DNA of 63,996 bases, counting the filler, from Malassezia furfur (Eukaryota): the NCBI GenBank assembly GCA_052055015.1. It is 4 parts of 4 records of this genome, joined end to end, with 100 filler letters (N's around TTAATTAATTAA, not from the genome) between each part and the next. Parts side by side here need not be neighbours in the genome. Positions count along the whole stretch, not along the records: positions 52,479 to 63,996 come from JBQJIT010000357.1; 3 more parts are not named here. One strand, given 5' to 3'. The translations under genes and the position numbers were made by a program. The notes beneath the pieces are model-generated. The model saw only the letters and a program-made list of their open reading frames with translations. It was not told where the DNA came from and did not search any database. The first letter of the stretch is position 1. The number at the start of each line of letters is the position of its first letter. Shown here in pieces: positions 56,957 through 63,996 of the stretch.

Positions 56957-58894
56957 ATGCCCCTGGGTCGCTCGTCGAAAGCGGGTCACGGCGCGCACAG
57001 CGACGCGCAAGACGCAGAGGCGGCTGCCGAAGCAACGCATCATACAGAGGGTCGCACCGGCTTCAACCTCAGCTTCGGGCGTGGGTCCATCTCGAGTGGG
57101 CGCCAGGAACGGGGCGACTCCGCCGCATCCAAGTCGCGTGCCAAGGATGCGGGGCACGGGCGGCGACCCCACACCACCATTGACGTCGTCCGTCCGGAAG
57201 AGATCCGCGCAGCGCATTCCATCGAGGCGGCAAGCTTCCCGCGTGAGGAAGTTACCCAGCTCTCTCAACTCATGTACGTATCTCTCCGGCGCCGCTAACC
57301 CCACAGCAAGCGGCACGAGCAGGCGCCCCAGTTCTTCCTGGGCGCATTCCAGCACCTCCCACCCCCGATGGTCGCTGGGCCGCTCTCTGGCGAGACGCGC
57401 CGCCGGCTCGTGGGCTTCTGCACGGCAACCGTCTCGCCGGCAGCCATTACTCAGAGCATGTATGGGAGCACCAACTCGGAGCTGGCGCATGTCGTGTGCA
57501 TCCACGACTTTTGCGTCGAGCGCAGCAGCCGGCGCCAGGGCATCGGCCAGCGGCTCATGCGCAAGCTGTTGGGTCGCATCGAGGCCGGCTACTCCGGCGA
57601 GGGCAAGCCGCTGCGCCATCAGTTTGAGCGAGTGACTATCGTCACGCCGCCGAAGCGCATGTCGTTCTTCATGAAGTGCGGTTTCAAGATCCACGGGCCG
57701 AGCTACATTGCCAAGAGTTGCGAGCCGTGGGTCGAGATGCGCTACACGGTCGAGTCGAGCTCCGAGGTCCAGCGCGAAGACCTCTCTGCGTCGTTGGTGG
57801 AGCAAGTCGACGACTCCATTTCGCCAACCATGATCCCGGAGCGCGCGTTTTCGACGTCGGACCACCCCAGCGAGCATAGCGCGTCGGGGCCGGGCAGCGC
57901 CGACCACTCGGGCTCCGCCGCCTGGGGCATGGGCAGCTTTTCGCTGTCGCCCATCGAGGCGCCGGCGCTGCAGAGCGACCAGGTGCTGGCCGCGCTCCTG
58001 GCACAGAACAGCCTGTCTGAGGGCGCTGCGCGTGACCTGGGTCTGCCGATCCGCCCCACCGAGAACACACCCGCACCCACGCAGCCGCAGCCTCAAAACC
58101 CGGGCAAGCTCCTTTCCTCGGTGTTTGGGCAGGCGGTCGCGGCCAAGACTGCGGCCGAGGACTCGCTCGCGGCGCTCAAGGCACGCATCGTGTCGCGTGC
58201 GGGCGGACGCAACCTGTGCCGGCTGTTTTGTCCGAACGAGCACTGCCACTGCGTGATTGCGGGCCGCCAGGCCGCGACGTGGCAGACCAAGGAGATGGGA
58301 CCTTTGTCGGAGAAGGACGCGGTCGCAGTCGACTCGGAGCTCATCCTGCTCGACCACACATCCAAGTCCACGCCGCTGCTCAATGCCGAGATCCAGATGC
58401 GCCTGCCTGGCAGCGAGCAGAGCACGATTGGGCCTGTCCGGGCGTTCTGGGTGCTAACTGGGCCGATGCAGTTTGACAATGTGTCCTTCTCGAAGAACGC
58501 GGTGTGGAAGGTGCCGGAGCCGTCGCCCAACAGCCAGGAGGCGGCGCGCTCCCTGCCGAACGGTTCCGAGGCCGCGGGATGGTCCGGCCGGCGCCCCGAG
58601 CCTCGGTCGCAGTCGACGTTCGCGACGCGGATAAACTCGACGCAGTCGACGCTTTCCAAGTCGGACGAAACGAGCGACAGCTCCATGCCAGCGAGGGGAA
58701 AGGATTCGTACACTTTGGGCCTGACACCGGGGGAGGAACGTATCGTGAAGTACATCCTGTGCCCCGACTGTGGATGTGGTCCGCTGGGCTTCATGATTCT
58801 GCCCGTGGGTGCGTCCTCGGAGCAGGCGGCGCAAAAGGGGTACTCGGACATTACCTGCTACCTTGCTGCCTACCGTGTCCGCTACGAACTCTAA
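56957..58894 (+). CDS. GNAT (Paa1/AANAT-like) acetyltransferase fused to an Mss4/Dss4-like Zn domain; one intron
   Basis: AHSIEAASFP, VVCIHDFCV..RRQGIG..LM (GNAT motif A); CPNEHC, FDNVSFSK, CPDCGCGPLG (Mss4). Start codon is uncertain. Confidence 0.7.
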
Positions 58895-59019
58895 AGCTCC
58901 ATAGTCCCCCCACCACGCTGTACCACTACCACCGCCGCGCGTCTTCGGGGGCGCCGGCCCGGGCAACGGGCCTTGCTGCATATTCTAGTATGTACGTAGG
59001 CCGACTGCCTACAACGACC

Positions 59020-59113
59020 GGGCGCATGGTCTAGAGGTATGATTCTTCTTTAGGGCTTGGCTTCTGCCGAAGATCCATAGAAGAGGTCCTGGGTTCGATT
59101 CCCAGTGCGCCCC
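59020..59113 (+). tRNA. tRNA-Pro(AGG) with 22-nt intron (59056-59077)
   Basis: GGGCGCA/TGCGCCC acceptor stem, CTTCT-TTAGGG^T-AGAAG anticodon arm, GGTTCGATTCC B-box; 72 nt mature. Confidence 0.95.
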
Positions 59114-59130
59114 CATTTTAACAGCTCCTC

Positions 59131-59220
59131 GGGCGCATGGTCTAGAGGTATGATTCTTCTTTAGGGCTGGATTCGACCAGAACGTAGAAGAGGTCCTGGG
59201 TTCGATTCCCAGTGCGCCCC
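59131..59220 (+). tRNA. tRNA-Pro(AGG) with 18-nt intron (59167-59184)
   Basis: Exons identical to the first copy; followed by T-rich Pol III terminator tracts. Confidence 0.95.
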
Positions 59221-59394
59221 TAGCTGTTATTTTTGCTTTTATTTTGTTCTATTTTGCAGTGTTGATGCGCGGCACGCGCTACACTGGTTCGAAGCCGCCG
59301 CGGGCGAGGATGTGGATGATGGATTCGTCGACATTCCGCTATGTATGGTTATGTAGGGCCCATTCTTCGCAGAGAGACCGTGTTAGTATGTCAA

Positions 59395-60774
59395 CTACTC
59401 GGCCTTGCCCTCTTTTTCCGACTCGGCAATCTCGATCTCCTCCTCCTCCTCGCGCGAATCGCCGTAGACACCGCGAAGCGCACTACACGTCAGTGACCCA
59501 AGCAACGTACCGGAACAGGATGCGCCACATGAGCACATACCAAAACAGGTTGAGCAGCAGCAGCAGCAGCAGAGGAGCAAACACCTGGGCGTCAGTTTGG
59601 CTGCGAGCACGTACGTGGCATTGCATCCACCAGACAAGCCAGTGGCCCTGTGACGGGTGGAAGGTGCGTGCATATGCAGGAATGCGGTGGTAGTCAACGT
59701 ACACGGAGCGCAGCGTGAGCGCACTCAGGTAAATACGGAAGTAAGACCAGACCACCATAAAGATGGAGTAGACAATGCCCGCCATCAGGTTCATGTCCAG
59801 GTAGTTGAACATCTTGGAGAGCTGGAATGAGCCACAATGTACGCACCGCCAGCCAGGTATCCGGGATGTCCATGCAGACAAACACGGTGGTGCCGATCAT
59901 GGTCAGGTTGATGAAGTACGACCATCCAATCAACCACAGCGTGACGAGGTGCTGCGTGAGGCGGCGAAACGTACGTGCGCAATCAGCTCGTAGTAGTCTT
60001 TGCGCGGCCGCTCGAGGCCCAGAAGCATGACAAACGCCTGCTGCATCCAGTAGCTACCCTGGAGCAAGTAGTACAGCTTGAGCTCCGGGCGCATCACCCA
60101 GTGCGGGTACTCTGCGGTGAGAAGCAAGGCACGTACGGTACCACAGATGGTCCAAGTCTGGGTGAGGGCGACGAATACGTACTGTACCACCAGCTGTCCT
60201 GGAAAGACATCACATAGAGGCCGAAGATGCCGGCAATGCCCCAGTACGTCAGTGCATAGCCCTGCTCGGCGAACCGGGTCTGCTTCTGCTCCGCCCGAAT
60301 CCCCCAGCGCTTCGCCAGCGGCTTGAAGACGTGCATCGTGAGCACCTGGCGCAAGAAGCTAAAAACCACAATAAAGTACGCGATGAAGCACAAGTCCAGC
60401 CATCCCTTGCCGAAGCGGAGAAAGCGGGGCTCGTGCGGAAACAGCGTGTGGTGCACACCCTGGAAGAAGCTGCGCATGGTGTCGAGCACCACATTGCCCT
60501 GCGAGTACGTCGGAGCAGGGCCGTACAGACGGAAGGAGGCCTCCTTCAGGACCACCTCGGACTCAGGCAGCCTGTACGACAAGAAGAGGAACGGCCGGAA
60601 GGGATTCCAAGCGACCGGCACCAGGTGTTCCCACAGCCAGTAGGCGGCGATGAACATCAGGGCGACTTTCGCGGCCGACTTGGGAGAAACGAGCCAGCGT
60701 CCCGTGTATACGTCCCTCAAGAACGTAGGTTCGGTGCGCCTTTTCCCCGCAGCGACGCTCAGATCCTGCCTCAT
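59395..60774 (-). CDS. LAG1: Ceramide synthase (Lag1/Lac1, TLC domain); several short introns
   Basis: KGWLDLCF, RFAEQGY, LERPRKDYYELIAHH, MDIPDTWLA, LNLFWYVLMWRIL, DSREEEE. Confidence 0.92.
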
Positions 60775-60878
60775 GGTGTTCGAGTTATTTTGTCCGCTCC
60801 GCAACTTTTCCAGCAAATCGGGCGCCCCTAAGGCCGCACCGCGTTTCAATTGTTCGCGATCGGGCCCTATCGTCGATC

Positions 60879-61736
60879 ATGGCCCAACATTCGGCGGAGG
60901 CGACCTCGTCGCCGAAGGGCGCGCCTGGGCCACCTCCTGGGCCGCCACCACCACCGCCGCGGCCACCGCCTCAGCTCAAGCATACCCAGGCGCCACCTCC
61001 GGCATTTCCGAAAGGCCCGATCCCTGTTCCGCCACCTGGCTGGACGGCGCTGGACGAGGAAGAAGGTACGTTTGTTCGCGCGATCTGACCCACAGCCGAG
61101 GAGCGCGCCAAGACACCGCAGCAGCGCGAGATTGACCGCGTGGTGCTGGGCTCGTTCCGGCTCAACCCCTTCGATGTCCTGGGTGTGACGCCCGACATGG
61201 ACGACAAAACCATCCAAAAGGTTTTCCGTAAGAAGAGTTTGCTAATTCACCCAGACAAGGTGAGCGAGAATTACCAGGATCGTGCACAGGAAGCGTTCCA
61301 GCTGTTCAAGCAAGCGCTCGACCATTTGCAAGATCCTGATCGCCGCCAGTCACTGAACGAAATTTCGCGTTCTGGGCGCTCGCTCGCCTTGCGCGAGCTT
61401 GGCTTGCCCTTTAGTCTCACCGAAGAGCAGCTCAAGAAGGAGCAGGAGCCCGGAGGCCGCCTGCATGACCTGAAGCCGACGTTCCCCGAGCGGATTGTGC
61501 ACTGCACGAACCACCTGATGCGGGAGGACGAGCTGTACCGCCGCAACCGTGTGCGGCTCAAGCAGGAGGCCGAAGAAGAGGCGCGCAAGCTCCGTGAGGA
61601 GGCTGAGGCGCAGCGCAAGCGCAAGGCGGAGCTCGAGACGGCATGGGAAAATGCGCGCGACAACCGTGTCGAGGGGTGGCGCAGTTTCCAAAAGGGGAAG
61701 AAGAAGAAGAAGAAGAAGATGGACGTACTCGGATAG
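60879..61736 (+). CDS. J-domain protein, Spf31/DNAJC8-like; one intron
   Basis: FRLNPFDVLG, RKKSLLIHPDK, WENARDNRVEGWRSF, terminal K-run + VLG. Confidence 0.85.
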
Positions 61737-61753
61737 TCCCATTGTATACTACA

Positions 61754-63775
61754 CTACTTTCCACGCTGCTGGCTATAGACGCTGGCCAGCTCGGTCAGCG
61801 CCTCTTTGTAGCTCGGGAGGAACGGCTCATACTCGGCGGGCTTCACCTTGACCGTCTGCACGGCGTCGAGATGGTGCGCCTCGCGAAGCATGCGTTTGAA
61901 GTGGAACACCTCTTGCTCTTCCACCAAGCTCCAGGCGTTGCCCGAGCGCCCCGCGCGCGCTGTGCGCCCGACACGGTGGACGTACTTGGCCATGTCGACG
62001 GGCACGTCGTACGAGATGACGTTGCGCACCTCGGGCAGGTCAATTCCGCGCGCGATCAGGTCCGAGCACACCAGCACGTCGACCTCGCCCTGCTGGAACC
62101 GGCGCAGCATCTGTGCGCGTTCCGCGTTGGTCAGGTCGCTCGAGTAGTACTGCACACACAGTGCCTGGTCCGGGGCGAAGCGCTTCTCAAAGAAGGAGAG
62201 CAGACGCACCAGGCGGTTCGCCGACTCGACACTCTTGGTGAAGCACAGGGCATGGCGCACCTGGTGGTGCGAGTGCAAGAGGTAGAGCAAGATGAGCACC
62301 TTGGTGCTCGTCTCGGTCACGATCATGTGCTCGTGGAGGCCCGCGGGGAGCGCAAAGCGGTCCACATACAGTTCGTCGTCCTCGGCGCGATCGCGCACGC
62401 TCACATAGTGCGGGTTGCGCAGCTGCAGCGCATTCATCTTGGCCGGGTCGCGCGTCAGCGTCGCGGAGAAGAGCAGTTTCTGGACCGTGGGCACGGGCGT
62501 GTCCAGATCGTCGTGCATCCACCCGGGCGTCTGCGTCTGCAGCGAGGCAGGGGCCGACGACGCCTGCTCGCTGGGCTGTGGTCGGAGCGCATCGAGCAGC
62601 GTCGGCACCCACTGCTGAAACGACTGCCCCAGCAAGCGGTCTGCCTCGTCGATCACGAGGAAGCGCAGATGCTGCAGCGTAAAACCTGGCGTACCGCGCA
62701 CATGGTCCACCAGGCGGCCGGGCGTTGCGATAAGCACGTCGATGTTGCTGCTGAACCCGGCAGGGCCGCTGCTGACCAGCTGCGCCTGCTCGTGCCGGAA
62801 GCTGTGGTTGCCGGTGATGACGAGCGAGCGCAGTCCGCTGCCCCGGCCCACTGCTTCGAACATCTCGGCGACTTGCACGGCCAGGTCGCGCGTCGGGAGC
62901 AGCACGAGCGCACGGAGCTGCGTCACGGTGCGCGTTTGGAGCAACTCGACGATCGGGACGGTGTAGGCGAGCGTTTTGCCGCTGCCCGTAGGCGCCGAAA
63001 TGCACAAATCACGCGGCGGATTGAATGGCATGTACAGGCGACTCTCGGTGTGCTGACTGAGAAGCAGCGGGATCACCGACGCCTGCACCGCGAACCACTC
63101 CGAGATGCCGAGCCGGTCGAGCTGGCGCTTGATGGAGCGGCTCACGAGCACGCCCATGTGCTCGGTTGTGCCGTGGTCCTGGGTATCAAGGGATTGCGTG
63201 TGGCTCGCATCGACGAGTGTAGGCCGCTCCAAGCCCTGGGGCAGCCCCAAGGACGCGAGCTGCTGTGCATCGCTCGCGCTCGTCTGCTGCGGCCGCGGAA
63301 ACCGAAAGAGATACTGCGGCTCGGCGTCGTCCTGCGCTTCCTCTGGCTCTGCGGTCGAGGTAGGCTGCAGCGGGTCGGCGTCGATCGCGTCGGTGGATGG
63401 GGACGCGGCGCGTGCACGATCCGCGATGGACTCGCTCGCTGCGCTGCTGCTCGCATCGCTCGAACTCGACTCGCTGTCGCTCGCGTCGCTGCTCGTGGTA
63501 TCGGAAGTGCTCTCGGTATCGCTCGAGCTCTCGCTCGAGCTCTCTTCGTCCTGTGTGTCCTGGCTGGCTGCGTGCGTGTCCAGCTCCATAGCCTCGGACG
63601 GTTGGGAGGCCTTCTTGGGCTTGGCCTTTTTCTTGCCCTCGCCGAACGGCTTGGGCCCCGCGGCCTTTTTCGCCTTACGGCGTACCTTTTTCGCTTTGAG
63701 ATAGCGCTGCTTCGCCTTGGTCTTTCCCTTGGCCGGACGAGCCGGCGCGGCGCGCGCGGGCTGGGTGACGGCCAT
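61754..63775 (-). CDS. DBP6: DEAD-box RNA helicase Dbp6 (DDX51)
   Basis: WFAVQ, APTGSGKTLAY, LPTRDL, DEADRLL, FSATLT, HRVGRTARAG. Confidence 0.92.
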   Translation of the reverse strand: MAVTQPARAAPARPAKGKTKAKQRYLKAKKVRRKAKKAAGPKPFGEGKKKAKPKKASQPSEAMELDTHAASQDTQDEESSSESSSDTESTSDTTSSDASDSESSSSDASSSAASESIADRARAASPSTDAIDADPLQPTSTAEPEEAQDDAEPQYLFRFPRPQQTSASDAQQLASLGLPQGLERPTLVDASHTQSLDTQDHGTTEHMGVLVSRSIKRQLDRLGISEWFAVQASVIPLLLSQHTESRLYMPFNPPRDLCISAPTGSGKTLAYTVPIVELLQTRTVTQLRALVLLPTRDLAVQVAEMFEAVGRGSGLRSLVITGNHSFRHEQAQLVSSGPAGFSSNIDVLIATPGRLVDHVRGTPGFTLQHLRFLVIDEADRLLGQSFQQWVPTLLDALRPQPSEQASSAPASLQTQTPGWMHDDLDTPVPTVQKLLFSATLTRDPAKMNALQLRNPHYVSVRDRAEDDELYVDRFALPAGLHEHMIVTETSTKVLILLYLLHSHHQVRHALCFTKSVESANRLVRLLSFFEKRFAPDQALCVQYYSSDLTNAERAQMLRRFQQGEVDVLVCSDLIARGIDLPEVRNVISYDVPVDMAKYVHRVGRTARAGRSGNAWSLVEEQEVFHFKRMLREAHHLDAVQTVKVKPAEYEPFLPSYKEALTELASVYSQQRGK

Positions 63776-63929
63776 GCTTCGTGGGCGCGCTCGCAACGTG
63801 CGCAGAGAAATTCGCGAGGTGGAGGTCGTGCGGCTGACAAAAGGCCGGCCATCGTCCTACGGCGAATCTCCCTGTCCCTACCTTCCTCGAGCTGTGCGCG
63901 TGCGCTGCTAGGCTAGATCGTGCGGCACC

Positions 63930-63996
63930 ATGTCGGACTTGTCGCGGGTGATGAGCAACCGTGAGTACGACACGTTCCTGAAGGAGCGCAAGGCGG
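63930..63996 (+). CDS. Probable start of a further gene (MSDLSRVMSNREYDTFLKERKA...); 3'-partial
   Basis: CACCATG context and GC3-rich codons, divergent from DBP6; too short to identify. Confidence 0.4.
   Translation, partial: MSDLSRVMSNREYDTFLKERKA

Overview
This is fungal DNA, almost certainly Malassezia. The cyclophilin closely matches the Mala s 6 type, there is a LIP-family secreted lipase, introns are very short and gene packing is very dense. The high GC of the core genes suggests the M. furfur clade (inference). The window is four contigs joined by artificial 100-bp N/TTAATTAATTAA/N linkers at 17442-17541, 34949-35048 and 52379-52478, so genes on either side of a linker are not neighbours. 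Contigs 1, 3 and 4 carry GC-rich housekeeping genes (URA2, CMS1, BUR6, EAF3, PTC5, CYB5, RPN12, NSE3, REX3, ERG27, MGM1, RPS3, COX19, ARP6, cyclophilin, LAG1, DBP6, two tRNA-Pro) with many 21-26 nt introns and almost no intergenic DNA. Contig 2 (17542-34948) looks like a chromosome end. It starts with (TCCTAA)9 repeats (TTAGGA on the other strand), then holds a ~7.9-kb secreted lipase gene fused to a Ser/His/Gly repeat stalk broken by two frameshifts, a CpG-depleted decayed zone, and an intron-less, low-GC four-gene cluster. The cluster encodes a 2OG-Fe(II) oxygenase, an amino-acid permease, a bacterial-type CodA deaminase and an Fcy2-type permease. The CodA has Ser at the E. coli Asp314 position and a single TAG at a conserved Trp codon. 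The cluster is the best candidate for an undescribed system: a partly horizontally acquired 5-methylcytosine/modified-pyrimidine salvage pathway. All calls come from reading the sequence; no database searches were run.
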